Of a stretch of DNA of 64,000 nt, positions 37,330 through 50,290 are shown in pieces; positions within the stretch are counted from its first letter, which is position 1; the number at the start of each line of letters is the position of its first letter. Under the pieces are notes generated by a model, which saw nothing but the letters and a program-made list of their open reading frames with translations, was not told where the DNA came from and made no database searches. The stretch is taken from NCBI GenBank assembly GCA_030390025.1, contig CM059432.1:150042001-150106000 (forward strand). Reading direction: 5' to 3'. The position numbers and the translations under genes were made by a program. This stretch comes from Squalus acanthias. Lineage: Eukaryota.

Positions 37330-40300
37330 GATCAGGCTATTTTAGATCTAGTATTGTGCAATGAGAAAGGGTTCATTAATAACCTTGTAGTAAAGGGGTC
37401 TTTAGGGAAGAGTGACCATAATATGATAGAATTTTATATTGAGTTTGAGGGTGATTTAGTTAAATCCGAAACTAGGGTCTTCAATCTAAACAAAGCAAAC
37501 TACGTAGGTATGAGGGGCGAGTTGACTAAGGTAGATTGGGAAACTACATTAAAAGGTATGACGGTAGAGAAGCAATGGCTAGCATTTAAAGAAATAATAC
37601 ATCATTTACAACAAATATACATTCCTTTGAGGCACAAAAACCCCACGGGAAAAGTGGTCCAACCGTGGCTAACAAGAGAAGTTAAAGATAGTATTAGATC
37701 AAAGGAAGAGGCTTATAATGTTGCCAAAAAGAGTAGTGATTCTGAGAATTGAGTGGATTTTAGAATTCAGCAAAGGAGGACCAAGAAATTGATAAGGAAA
37801 GAGAAAAAAGAATATGATAGTAAATTAGCAAGCGACATAAAACAGATTGTAAATGTTTCTATAGGCATGTAAATAGGAAGAGATTAGTGAAAGTAAATGT
37901 GGGCCCATTAGAGGCAGAGACAGGAGAAATGATAATGGGCAATAAGGAAATGGCAGAGACATTAAACAAATACTTTGTATCTGTCTTCATGATAGAAGAC
38001 ACAAAAACATTCCGGAAATAATGGGGAACCGAGGGCCTAGAGAAAATGAGGAACTTGAAATCAGTATAAGTAAAGACATAGTACTGGAGAAATGAATGGG
38101 ACTAATTGGCGACAAATCCCCTGGACCTGACGACCTGCATCCTAGGGTTTTAAAAGAGGTAGCTACAAAGATAGTGGTTGCACTGGTCTTGCAGAATTCC
38201 CTAGATTCTAGAACAGTCCCCAAGTATTGGAAGGTAGCAAACATAACCCCACTATTTAAGAAAAGAGGAAGAGAAAAAAATGGGGAACTATAGGCCAGTT
38301 AGTCTGATATCAGTAGTAGGCAAATTGCTAGAATCTATTATTAGGGATGTGGTAACAGGGCACTTAGAAAATCGTAACATGATTAGACAGAGTCAACACG
38401 GTTTTATGAAAGGGAAATGGTGTTTGACAAACCTGTTAGAATTTTTTGAAGATGTAAACTAATAGGATGGATAAGGGGGAACCAGTGGATGTAGTGTATT
38501 TGGATTTTCAAAAAGCATTCGATAAGGTGCCACAGAAGAGGTTATTACACAAAATTAGGACTCATGGTATTGCGGGTAATATATTAGCATGGATTGAGGA
38601 TTCGTTAATGGACAGAAAACAGAGGGTAGGAATAAACGGGACTTTTTCAGTTTGGCAGGCTGTAACTAGCAGGGTACCGCAAGAATCAGTGCTTGGGCCT
38701 CATCTAGTTACAATCTATTTTAATGACTTAGATGAAGGGACTGAGTGTAATGTATCCAAGTTTGCTGATGATACAGAGTTAGGTGGGAAAGTAAGCTGTG
38801 AGGAGGACGCAAAGAGGCTGCAGAGAGATATAGACAGGTTGACTGAGTGGGCAAGAACTTGACAAATGGAATACAATGTTCAGAAGTGTGAAGTTATCCA
38901 CTTTGGTAGGAAAAATAAAAAAGCAGAATATTTTTTGGATGGTGAGAGACTGGGACCTGGGTGTCCTTGTACATGAATCACAGAAAGTTACCATGCAGGT
39001 AAGGCATCAATTAGGAAAGCAAATGGTATGTTAGCTTTTGTTACAAAGGGATTCGAGTATAAGAGTAAAGGGGCAAAAAATTGAGTCGCGCCCCCTTTGG
39101 GGCACTAACTTCGCCGGGTTTAGCACCCCGGAAAAATTAGCACCCCCGCAACAGAAATTGAGTGGTAGCGCCCCAAGAGGGAAGTAGGGCGCTACAGGAA
39201 GCGCCCCGCCTCCCTCTTGGGGCGCTGCGAGTCAATATCGCGGCGCTATGTGCCGCGGTATTGCAGGCCTTCCTCCCCTTCTTAAAGGGGAGGGGCCTTG
39301 CGCAGCGCAACCCAGGGCCCAGCTGGGCCGCCAGGATCGGAGTGCCGGCAAAAGAGCCTGGCACTCAAAAGAAGTGCCGGGCTCATGGAGCGCAGCCGGC
39401 ACTCTGCGGGGGGCGGGTCAGGAGGCCTGGGACGAGAGCGGAGGCAGGTGCTGGCAGGCGGCCAGCAACAAAAATGGCCGCCCGGCACCTCGCCTTTAAA
39501 TAGCACCTCCCCGGCCGCAGCTAGGCCCCCCTGACCCCGTCGGACATAGCGTCCGGCGGTAAGTCAGGGGGCGCTACCGAAGATCGCGGCTGAGGCGCGA
39601 GCAGGGCGCTGCGCACGGCGATAGCGTAATCGCAGGCGACGCAGTGCTGCAGGGCGCTACCGGTCACCACCACCGCTAACCTCGCGCTGAATTTTGCGGG
39701 AGGTGTTGGCGGCGCCGCGCCCGGGCGCTAGTTGCTTTGCATCCTGTTAGCGCCCTCTTAGGGCGCTAATGGAAGGCGCAAAGCAACCGAATTTTTCCCC
39801 CAAGAAGTCTTCCTACAATTATACAGGGCATTGGTGAGGCCACACCTGGAGTACTGTGTACAGTTCTGGTCTCCTTACCTAAGGAAAGAAATACTTGCCT
39901 TAGAGGGAGTGCAACGAAGATTCACTAGACTGGTTCCTGGGATGAGGGGATTACCCTATGATGAAAGATTGAGTAGACTAGGCCTATATTCCCTAGAGTT
40001 TACAAGAATGAGAGGTGATCGCATTGAAACAGATAAAATTCTTAAGGGTTAATGCTGGGAAAATGTTTCCCCTGACTGGGGAGTCTAGAACCAGGCGTCA
40101 CAGTCACAGAATAAGGGGTCGGCCATTTAGGACTGAGATGAGGAGAAATATCTTCACTCAGAGGGTGGTGAATCTTTGGAATTCTCTGCCCCAGAGGGCT
40201 GTGGAGGCTCAGTCGTTGAGTATATTCAAGACAGAGGTCGATAGATTTTTTGCAACGAAGGGAATCAAGGGATATGGGGATAGTGCGGGAAGGTGGAGTT

Positions 40301-40390
40301 GAGGTAGAGGATCAGCTATGATCATATTGAATGGCGGAGCAGGCTCGAAGGGCTGAATGGCCGACTCCTGCTCCTATTTCTTCTGTTCTT
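37330..40390 (+). mobile_element. CR1/HER1 LINE ORF2 (endonuclease C-terminus to 3' UTR), many frameshifts, MITE inserted
   Basis: LGKSDHNMIEF (APE end), PGPDDLHPRVLKE, LDFQKAFDKV, FADD, RPHLEYC; 3' stem-loop. Confidence 0.95.
39070..39800. mobile_element. Complete GC-rich Harbinger-type MITE
   Basis: GGGGCAAAAAATT...AATTTTTCCCC; 3-bp flanks AAA/CAA; splits CR1 sequence AGTAAA|GAAGTC. Confidence 0.88.
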
Positions 40391-40439
40391 GGGTCACACT
40401 GGGGTGCCCTACATTATGCCCCGGGAGTGAGCTGGAAGA

Positions 40440-40562
40440 ATAGAAACATAGAAACATAGAAACTAGGAGCAGGAGTAGGCCATTCGGCCCGTCGAGCCTG
40501 CTCCACCATTCAATACGATCATGGCTGATCATCCAAATCCAATACCCTGTCCCTGCTTTCTC
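40440..40562 (-). mobile_element. Short CR1/HER1 3' end
   Basis: ATAGAAACATAGAAACATAGAAA..GGAGCAGGAGTAGGCCATTCGGCCC. Confidence 0.88.
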
Positions 40563-40574
40563 ACACAGAATCCC

Positions 40575-40893
40575 CATCGAGCCTGCACCGACACATATCC
40601 CACCCTATCTCCGTAAACCCACGTATTTAATTCCCCCTAACATATCCCATCCTATCCCCGTAACCCACATATTTAATCCCCCCCTAACACTAAGGGTCAA
40701 TTTATCATAGCCAAATCAACCTAACCCGCACATTTTTGGACTGTGGGAGGAAACCGGAGCACCCGGAGGAAACCCACGCAGACACGGGGAGAATGTGCAA
40801 ACTCCACACAGACAGTCACCCGAGGTCAGATTCGAACCCGGGTCCCTGGCGCTGTGAGGCACCAGTGCTAACCACTATGCCACCGTGTTGCCC
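40575..40893 (-). mobile_element. HE1-like tRNA-derived V-SINE
   Basis: Minus strand GGGCAACACGGTGGCATAGTGGTTAGCAC (A box), GGTTCGAATC (B box), V-domain TCTCCCCGTGTCTGCGTGGGTTTCCTCCGGGTGCTCCGGTTTCCTCCCACAGTCCAAA. Confidence 0.92.
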
Positions 40894-41729
40894 AATGTGT
40901 AACCATGTGTTGCGTCCTTCAAAACCGCAGTGGAAAGAGTCAGACAGCTGACTGTGGAAGAGGAGTGGCAACAAGCCATGGCTCAGGAAATGAAGGAAAC
41001 TAAATCAGACCAACCACAGCAGGAAGTGGCATTGGCTTGTCAGGCTATGATTGAGTTCTTTCCCTGTGGTCTTACTTTAACTTACATTGCAAATTCTTTT
41101 CTTACTCTGGGTAATGTTCAACTTCGCCAGGGATATAAAGCGGGCGGTCTCGGACCTGTTATACATCCGCCCCCCCATTGGCTGATCCGATTCCGCCGAT
41201 TTTACACTCCCGTCAAAGTTGAAAGTTACCCCCATTGTTCTTTTAAGCAACTTTTCATTATTGCTGCTATTTATCTGGAAAAGACATTTCAAGAGAACAA
41301 TGGCCCCAATTTTAACCCTCGCTACCCAGCAGGAACACGACGGGTTCGCAGTTAAAATCGGGGAAATCCACTTCCGGCCACGTTCTCATCCTGACGTGAC
41401 CGGACCTGATTTTAACAGAGCTGTTGCCTCTGTTCCCAAACACACCTGGCAGAAACAGGCAGGTGCCTAATGAATTATAATTGGGACCTCGACACGAATT
41501 TAACTGGGCAGCCAGCCCGTTCAATAATTCCTGGGGGATTGGCCACGGATACTGACTGGCAGGACCTGCTGGAAAATTGAAAAAGGCACTCACCACCATT
41601 AATATAGATCAATAGGATTTCGGTAGTTTTCTGATTAGTTGCATTCCAAATGCTTCTTTTTAATTTGTTTGCCTTACTCGCCCTGACTAAGCATTTTCAG
41701 CTTATCGTAGGTGCTATTTTTGCTTCTTT

Positions 41730-42420
41730 ACTCTGGATGGTCGAGCAGTTGGAGGAAGATCAACCACAGCAGCAGCTGATCCTGTTCGAGCACAGCAGGC
41801 GGCCTTCTCCTCTTCCGATGTTCTTATATTCCTATGTTCCTTCCAGGTTGCTACAGGAGACATCACCTGCATCTCCCAGTCTGCAGTGCAAAGATGTATT
41901 GAGCAGGTCACCAATTTCCTCTTCACCAGAGTCAATCCGTGCACTACTTTCCCAGTTGAGGTTAACAGCCAGAATGGGAGAGCTCTGGAATTTGCAGCAG
42001 TGGCTGGCTTCCCTTGTATACAGGACATCATTGACTGGGCGCACGTAACTATCAGGGCTCCCGAACACGAGCCACAAGCTTTTCACAACAGGAAGGGTTT
42101 CCACTTTATCAATGGTTCACTGGTGTCTGGTCCCTACTGACGGATCATGTTTCACTGGCAGCTGCCATGAAGCTTTCATCCTGAGGCACTGATCCATCCC
42201 CCCCCCCCACGCTATACGACCCCTCCAGGGATGTTAGAGGATGGCTGCTGGGGGACAGAGGATACCTGCTACACACCTGGCTGGTGATACCAGTCTGCAA
42301 CCCGACCACACCTGAGCAGCACAGGTACAATAGCCATGGGACCAGCAGGACCATCACTGAACACACCATTGGCATCTTGAAGCTAAGCTTGATCAGTCTG
42401 GGGCTCCCTGCAATATGCCC
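41730..42420 (+). pseudogene. Harbinger transposase remnant
   Basis: RALEFAAVAGFPCIQDIIDWAHVTIRAP..NRKGFHFIN; GWLLGDRGY; TEHTIGILKL. Confidence 0.85.
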
Positions 42421-42429
42421 AGGCACAGT

Positions 42430-43315
42430 GGGGGGAATTTTAACCCAAAAAAGAGGGTGGGTTGGAGCCAGGTGGGAGTGTTAAAATACTGAATCCCGAC
42501 TACAACCCGCTTCCAACCTGCCCACTTACGGTTTCAACAGAGGCGGGACGGGGGGCGGGCAGCCAACCCGCTCCCAGGAGGCGGGTCACCCATTTAAATA
42601 TTATAATGAGGCTGGCGTGCCTCAGGTTTAACTACCATTTTAAATTTAACTGAGGCTGGTCAGCATTCGCAGGCCTCGGGAAACCTGACAGCTAAAGGAA
42701 GGCGAAGACTGCTGGATCCAGTGGGCAAGTGCCTTTGCCCTTACCTACTGGATCCAGCGTCCCTTCCTCACCCACCCCCCACAATCGGAGACCCTCCACG
42801 AGGCCTCCGATTTCCCACCCCAGGCCTCCAACTCCCCCTCCCCCATGAGGCCTCCGATCGACTCTACCCCTCTCCCCCACCGATGACCTTCAGGCCAGCC
42901 TCCGATGGATCTCCATCCCCCCCCCACCCCCAACCGATGCTCGGGTCTGGCCCCAATGTTCTCTCCCTTCCCACCAATGCCTCGAAGCCGGTCTCCATTG
43001 TTCTCTCTCTCCCTGATCCTCCTCTGGCCTCTGATGTTCTCTCTGACCCCCCACCGATGCCTCAATGCCGGCCCCCGGGCCCCACCCGATCCCTCCCTCC
43101 CTCCTCTCTGTGGCCTAGTGCTGCAGGCCTACCCGCCCGCAGCCAGCCAGCCTCTCCATTTGGCCGGCTGCGGGTGGGAAACAGAGGTTTGAAATGCAAA
43201 TCAGGCCTGGCCGTTAAATTCGGCAGGGCCTGTGGGAAACCAGTTCACCTGGGTCTCCTGACCGCTTCCCAGCCACCCCCCCCGCTCACAACCCGCCTCC
43301 CGATTAAAATTCCAG
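42430..43315. mobile_element. Harbinger-type MITE
   Basis: GGGGGAATTTTAA...TTAAAATTCCAGC; homologous to 59251-60024. Confidence 0.7.
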
Positions 43316-43509
43316 CTGGTGAGTGGTATCACAGCGGTGCGCTGCAGCCTGAGGATTGGAGTTGGCACAGTAACAGCAAGTGGCATCATCCTTCGAGGAA
43401 GAATTGGGTGAAGGTGAGGGCTAACCGGAAGAAGGGAGGCAACACAACGTCTGGCAGCCAGAGAGCCCGGGCGAGGTTGATCTTGCACCGAGAAGTGGCT
43501 GGGGCAGAA

Positions 43510-44063
43510 ATGTGGAATTCTCTGCCCCAGAGGGCTGTGAATGCTGAGTCTTCGAGTATATTCAAGGCTGAGATAGATAGATTTTTGGACTCTAGGGGAA
43601 TCAAGGGATACGGAGATCGGGCGGGAAAGTGGAGTTGAGGTCGATGATCAGCCATGATCTTATTGAATGGCGGAGCAGGCTCGAGGGGCCGTGTGACGGA
43701 GCAGGCTCGAGGGGCCGTGTGGCGGAGCAGGCTCGAGGGGCCGTGTGGCGGAGCAGGCTCGAGGGGCCGTGTGACGGATCAGGCTCGAGGGGCCGAGTGG
43801 CGGAGCAGGCTCGAGGGGCCGTGTGACGGAGCAGGCTCGAGGGGCCGTGTGGCGGAGCAGGCTCGAGGGGCCGTGTGGCGGAGCAGGCTCGAGGGGCCAT
43901 GTGGCGGAGCAGGCTCGAGGGGCCGTGTGGCGGAGCAGGCTCGAGGGGCCGAGTGGTGGAGCAAGCTCGAGGGGCCGAGTGGCGGTGCAGGCTCGAGGGG
44001 CCGAGTGGCGGAGCAGGCTCGAGGGGCCGTGTGGCCGACTCCTGCTCCTAATTCTTATGTTCT
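43510..44063 (+). mobile_element. CR1/HER1 3' end containing an amplified 26-bp unit
   Basis: WNSLPQRAV...GYGDRAGKWS*, 3' UTR, then TTCTTATGTTCTT tail. Confidence 0.93.
43669..44032 (+). repeat. Tandem repeat, 26 bp x 14 (GGCGGAGCAGGCTCGAGGGGCCG[T/A]GT)
   Basis: Exact 26-bp phasing over 364 bp. Confidence 0.97.
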
Positions 44064-44497
44064 TGTGTCAGCCAATTCAGTAGGAAAGTCACCGGTGAGA
44101 TTATAATGAAGCCCGGGAATTAAAATAGCCTGAGTCTGGTTTTGGCTGAAGCAGGTGACTTTTAAACTGAAGTTGAAAACTCAATGGGGATGAAACTGCA
44201 CTCGGGCGGGGATGCAAAACAGACGGAATTGCTTTTGCTTCCCGTTATGTGACACGCTCGATATTCAGTTCTATCGAAGTCAATGGAACTATTGGGCGGG
44301 GTGTATAATGAGCGACTAAAGCAATATCGCCGAAGTCCAATTTCACCTCCAATGACTACAAAGTTTAAGGTGATGGGAGCCTTTTTAATTGGTGACACGT
44401 TTGGGGCGGGCGGGGGTGCTTGGTGGGAGGAGAACCTCCACGGGGGGCTCAGAGGAGAGCCCAGACTATTTTAACTCCCGGGACTCATTTAAATATT

Positions 44498-47431
44498 TGT
44501 AGAGTTTCGCAATTATCGCGATTCAAAATAACATGAGAGAAGCAGATTCAATTGATCAGTTTTATTAAACGAAATGCTGTCCTGATAATAAAGGACACAG
44601 AAGCCTGTAAAATGGCCACCGCGCATCGTGGCAGAAGCTTCCAGAGCACAGTGGGCAGACAAGATGGCGTCGAATATACATTCAGTATGAGATTGGATCA
44701 TACTCGGTACACATTGATAAAGACAGGATGCAACCCGTTTGCATTTTGAACAATAGCAATGATATAAGTGCTGGAATCGTTTCCTACGCACAGTAATGAT
44801 CATTGAACTGGGCAATCGAAGGCCCATCCAGACACATCAATACACAAATACCCCCCCGGCTCAACAATGAGAGAGACATTGGCGGGTGATTAAGCCAGTA
44901 TTCGGGGGGCCCCAAAACCAGTCGAGGAGACGATTCATACACATCCTGGCTGGCTCAACAATGGGGAAGACATTAACGGATGGTTGGCCAGTTTCAGGTG
45001 CTACCGAAACCCGTTAAGAAGATAATCGCCCCATGCTGGGAGTTTTAAGCGCCAAAATCACACAAAGGATAAACATTTAGATTTGAGCGGGAGATTAAAG
45101 CGGACACAACAGTATAACTATAGAGGACAAATGTCCATCGCTCTCTTATTCTCTGGACTCGAACGCTTAGCTCTTGTATCGCTCTCCTGGACTGTCAGCC
45201 TCTTGATTTTCTCTCTGGACTCTGTTGACTCTTGACTCTTAGCCATACTGGTCGGTGATTCGAGTGTTGGGTGGAGCTCAATCGGAACGAGCTGCCCCGA
45301 CAAGGGCAAGTAACAGGGTACATCATCCCGAGTGTCGGTAAACGGTGTCTGGACCCGGAGGCCCGAGAAGACGAGAAGAAATTTCACGTGCCGCCACGGT
45401 CAGTAAACCCCGACCGCGCCCGAAAATATAACGACATAGAAACATAGAAACATAGAAAATAGGTGCAGGAGTAGACCATTCGGTCCTTCGAGCCTGCACC
45501 GCCATTTAATGCGTTCATGGCTGAACATGCTACCTCAGTACCCCATTCCTGCTTTCTCGCCATACCCCTTGATCCCCCTAGTTGTGAGTATTATATCTAA
45601 CTCCCTTTTGAATATATTTAGCGAACTGGCCTCAACAACCTTCTGTAGTAGAGAATTCCACAGATTCACCACTCTCTGGGTGAAGAAGTTCCTCCTCATC
45701 TCAGTCTTAAATGGCTTCCCCTTTATCCTTAGACTGTGACCCCTGGTTTTAGTTTTCCCTAACATTGGAAACATTCTGCCCGCATCTAATTTGTCTAAAC
45801 CAGTCAGGATTTTAAATGTCTCTATAAGATACCCCCTCATTCTTCTGAACTCCAGAGGATACAAGTTCAGTTGATCCAGTCTTTCTTGATATGTCAGTCT
45901 GGCCATCCCAGGAATCAATCTAGTGAACCTTCGTTGCACTCCCTCAATAGCAAGAATGTCCTTCCTCAAGTTAGGAGACCAAAACTGCACACAATACTCC
46001 AGGTGTGGCCTCACCAAGGCCCTGTACAACTGTAGCATCACCTCCCTACTCCTGTACTCAAATCCCCTTGCTATGAAGGCCATCATTCCGTTTGCTTTCT
46101 TGACTGCCTGCTGCACTTGCATTCCCACCTTCAGTGACTGATGTACCATGACGCCCAGGTCTCGTTGCACCTCCCCTTTCCCTAATCTGCCACCATTCAG
46201 GTAATAGTCTGCCTCCCTATTTTTACCACCAAAGTGGATAACCTCACATTTATCCACATTGTACTTCATCTGCCATACATTTGCCCATTCACCCAACCTG
46301 TCCAAGTCACTCTGTAGCCTCCTAGCATCCTCCTCATTGTTCACACTGCCTCCCAATTTAGTGTCATCCGCAAATTTGGAGATATTACAATTAATCCCTT
46401 CGTCCAAATCATTAATATATAATGTAAACAGCTGGGGCCCCAGCACCGAACCCTGCGGTACCCCGCTGGTCACTGCCTGCCATTCTGAAAAGTATCCATT
46501 TACTCCTACTCTTTGTTTCCTGTGTGCCAACCAGTTCTCAATCCACGTCAACACATTACCCCCAATCCCATGTGCTTTAACTTTGCACACCAATCTCTTG
46601 TGTGGGACCTTGTCGAAGGCCTTCTGAAAGTCCAAATACACCACATCTACTGGTTCCCCCCCGTCCACCCTATTGGAAACATCCTCAAAAAATTCCAGAA
46701 GATTTGTCAAGCATGATTTCCCTTTCACAAATCCATGCTGACTTGGACCTATGAACTTTCTTTTGAGTTCTACCGACTTCTACATGTACCGTAACACAGG
46801 AAGATCCTTCTTTGAATTCTAAGACGGTTTGAGTCCATCGACTGCTTCATGACATCAGGGAGTCTGGCTTGCCTTTCGCGGCAGCGAAAGTAAACAAGTG
46901 GGGTGCAGAAACCCTTCCAAACACGTGACAGTCAGGCGCTGCAGCGAAACGAGCTGAGTGCCTCATTTTAAAATCTCTGAAGTAAACCGAGTGGTGAGCA
47001 TGTTTTCCGATCCTACAAATCCAGACGTAGTTTAGGTATTGTTACGGGAGGGTGGTTTTTATAAGGTTAAGGTATAATGTGTTCCCTTTTTTACGATGTG
47101 CCATGTGTTCTCCATTTCCATAGACCAAGCTTTATGAACGTGTGTATACTTGTACTCTCTTTGATTTGCGCCTATGACATGTATTTCATGATTTTAGACG
47201 CCATGCAATAAAGATATTCATTTCGTGCTATTCAACCGAGTCTATTTGAGTTTTTCTCTGCATTACTGCTCCTTGCATCTAAGTCCAGGTGTCAGAACCG
47301 TAAGGGCAAGTGGGTCGAACCACTCACAGGTGCTTATTGCAAAAAGGCTGGACGGAGACCAGAGCAAGCAATAGTATCGGCAACGAAGGCCTAACCTCGC
47401 ACCAGCACCGTCTGAGACACGCCCCCTTACA
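44498..47431 (+). mobile_element. Solo LTR (~1.6 kb net) with 4-bp TSD, interrupted by CR1
   Basis: TATT|TGTAG...TTACA|TATT; TATAA near 45113; AATAAA 47207-47212; U3-like direct repeats at ~44858 and ~44952. Confidence 0.8.
45434..46750 (-). mobile_element. CR1/HER1 LINE, 5'-truncated, open RT frame
   Basis: ORF 45535..46728, 397 aa with all RT motifs from KGKSCLTNLLEF; (TTTCTATG)n tail. Confidence 0.96.
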
Positions 47432-48548
47432 TATTCCAGGACTGTCTCCCACCCAAAGCCGGGCATTGGGGAGTGGATTGACAGGTGATGCCGATGCTGG
47501 GAGGGAGAGGCAAGACCGGCACTGGGGAGGCCTAAGGATTCCTTGCAGGACCTGTAGGAGGATTCCTGCTCCTCCTGGGCTACAAGGAACCCTCAGAAAA
47601 GTAATTTTTTTCAATTTACCTTTGCCTCTCCTGGCCATTATGCAGACTTCCACCATAGATGAGCTGTCAGGGTTGGACCTGTAAGGACCTCGGCAATCAG
47701 GAAGTGAAAATGCCATTGCGGCATCGATGATGTCACCGGGCCACAGCTTTTCAATGTAGAGGAAGCCCCTCCCTGCCAGGGCAAGGTGGCCTTCCCGTGC
47801 CTGTTCTCAGGTAATCTACGATGAGGGGTGGGAATGCGGTGCAACCCCCCGCCATCATCTTTATTCCCCCACTGGGGGGGGGGGGGGGGTGCGGGCATTA
47901 AAACCTATGTTTTGACTTCATTGAAACTAGTAGTGACGACATGAAGTATGTTTAATGAGATGTGCCGTGCCTCCCTCTTGTGCCACATGCTCTAGCTGCC
48001 CTGTTCATTCTGCCGCACTACTCCAATGAAAAGTGCTGCAGGAAGTAATGGGTGTAGAGTTTCCCGAGTGTCTTGCTGAGCATCTTCTTGTGATTCAGCT
48101 AGTCATGTATCTCCTATGTATTGCAGACACCTGATGCTTTTGCTTGTATGGCAGAAGTAGCCTATCCTACTCCAGCTGTGGGAGGCAGCATTTTTTTCAG
48201 AAGCTTCAATATTGGCCCATATTTTCCGATCGCGGGCGGAGGCCTGCAATCTGGAAAAATCTACGCCCTTACCTGAGGGCTCCCGGGACGCACACGCTTC
48301 CGCTCCTGGGCCTCTCGAACTCCAAGTGCACAGGGCCCACGTATCCCAGAGGCGCAGGTAGTTCGCAGCGTCCCTGGGATCACGTGGGCCATGGGGAGCC
48401 AATCAAAGAAGGGAATCTCCCTTCATACATTTGACAGGAAGACCTGTCAAATATATGAATGGAGATCACCCCCAAAACATAATAAAACTTTAAATACATT
48501 TAAAAAACAATCACATTTTTTAAATGACTTGAAATTACAATGAATTAA

Positions 48549-49441
48549 GGGGTAAAAATTCAGTTGGTTGCACCTCCCGTTAGCGCCTTAAGAGGGCGCT
48601 AATGGGGCGCAAGGCCGCTAACGCCCGGGTGCAGCGATGTTTGCGCCGCTCGGGAACTTAACTAGAGATTGTGCGGCGGCGCTAAACTTTACCGCTGCGA
48701 CCACCTGCGCGCGCAGATTGTGACGTCATTCCATGGTGCAACGCCCTTGTGGCGCCCCGGAGCGGAAATTGAGTGGCGCCCCCTGCCTTACCGCCTGGCG
48801 CATCCAACGACCAGAAGACTGGAACGCTATCAATCGCTGTGGGGCTGGGGGGGGCGCTATTTAAAGGGGGCCTCTTCCTGTCTTTTATTGTTGGTGGCAT
48901 TTTTGAACTACGCATTCTGAGAGAGAGAGGGAGAGACTTCTGGAGAGATTCAACGTTGTGTGAAGGAGTTTTGGGTACTGAGCAGCACTTTGCAGGTTCA
49001 TTTTGATTTGCCATTCCTTGTATCGATTTAGCAGAGACTGTGGGAGCTGCACTCTGAGCTCTTTGCCTGGTACTCTCCATTGTTCTTTCCAGCACATTTG
49101 ATGTGCAAGTCTCTCCAGGCCGAGATTCAAGGCTGCAATGAACAGGATGTGGATGGAAAGCAAGATTAACCATCCCCTTTAAGAACTGGCCCGTGCCATT
49201 GTGTGTGTGTTCCATTGCTGACTGACATTACATGAGCTTTGCCAGCGCTCTGAGTTAGCGCCTCACTCCTTGGCCTTTGCGCCTTAAGACAGGTGTGCAG
49301 CGCCTGCTTTAGCGCTCCACTCACCTCCCGGGGCGGTAACAGTGAAGTTTCCAGTCAGTGCCGATAATTAGCGCCAGGCGCTAATATTTGCGTCCAGACG
49401 ATATTTGCGCCCCAAATGGGGCGCGACCTACTTTCTACCCC
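48549..49441. mobile_element. Harbinger-type non-autonomous element with TAA TSD
   Basis: TAA|GGGGTAAAAATT...ACTTTCTACCCC|TAA; Myb-gene start remnant MESTRQRAQ on the minus strand. Confidence 0.9.
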
Positions 49442-49525
49442 TAAGTATTTTAAACAAAAATTTAATTTTTTGAAAAAAAGTTAAAGTTTTTTACGGGGCT
49501 AAAAATAAGCTTACCTTTTTTTAAA

Positions 49526-50290
49526 GGCCCAGTAATTCGCCTCTCCGGCTTGCCGCGAGGGTAAGGATCGCGCACGCCCTTACCTACCGCGCCTGCCGTT
49601 GTGTTTTGGGCCCACGGGGACTTCAGCTCCTGGGCCTGCTCCAAGAGCCGGCGCGAAGTGCTTGCGTGTCCCAGGGGCGCAGTTAGTGCAATGCGTCCCC
49701 TGGGATCACGTGGGCCATGGAGAGCCAATGGCAGCAGACCATCTTTCATTCATAGATTTGACAGGAGACCTGTCAAATCTGTGAATTGAAATCAGCCCCA
49801 AAAGAACAGCTAAACTTCAAATACATTTTTTAAAAAACCATCACATTTTTAAAATAACTATAAGTTAAATAAATTAACTACTTTAAACAAAAATTTTAAT
49901 TTTTGAAAAAATTAAAATACTTTTTAACAGTGCTAAAAATAAACTTACCTTTCTTTAAAGTATCTAAAAAAGATAAACCTGTTGACATTTTTTTAAAATT
50001 ATAATTAATTAACCACTTACCTTGTTGAAAACGGGCCCTGTGCCTCCTTTTTAAAAGCGCAGGTTCTTCAATACTTACCCTCCCGTAGAAACCTGAAAAA
50101 AAACCTAAGTTTGCTGCGTGTGCGCAGCCTCTACCGTGCACGCGGTTCACCTATGAACCGCCCTCTTCACCAGACCGGAAGTTCCGGTTTCCCGCGCATG
50201 CGCAGTGCATGCAGGAAACCAGCACTTCAGGACACCTTACGGGTGAGTACACAGTTCGTACTCACCCGGCAAGGGCCGAATTTTTGGCCC
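49526..50290. mobile_element. Nested MITE related to its host element
   Basis: GGCCCAGTAATTCG / CGAATTTTTGGCCC; 49575-49880 is homologous to 48263-48548. Confidence 0.75.

Noticed and set aside
40820..40893. tRNA gene
   Set aside because: The tRNA-like head continues into a V-SINE core and LINE-derived tail
42721..43638. 305-aa ORF
   Set aside because: Chance read-through of a GC-rich MITE into a CR1 C-terminus
43669..44032. CRISPR-like periodicity here and at 34418-34607
   Set aside because: Head-to-tail repeats with no unique spacers, no cas genes, vertebrate context
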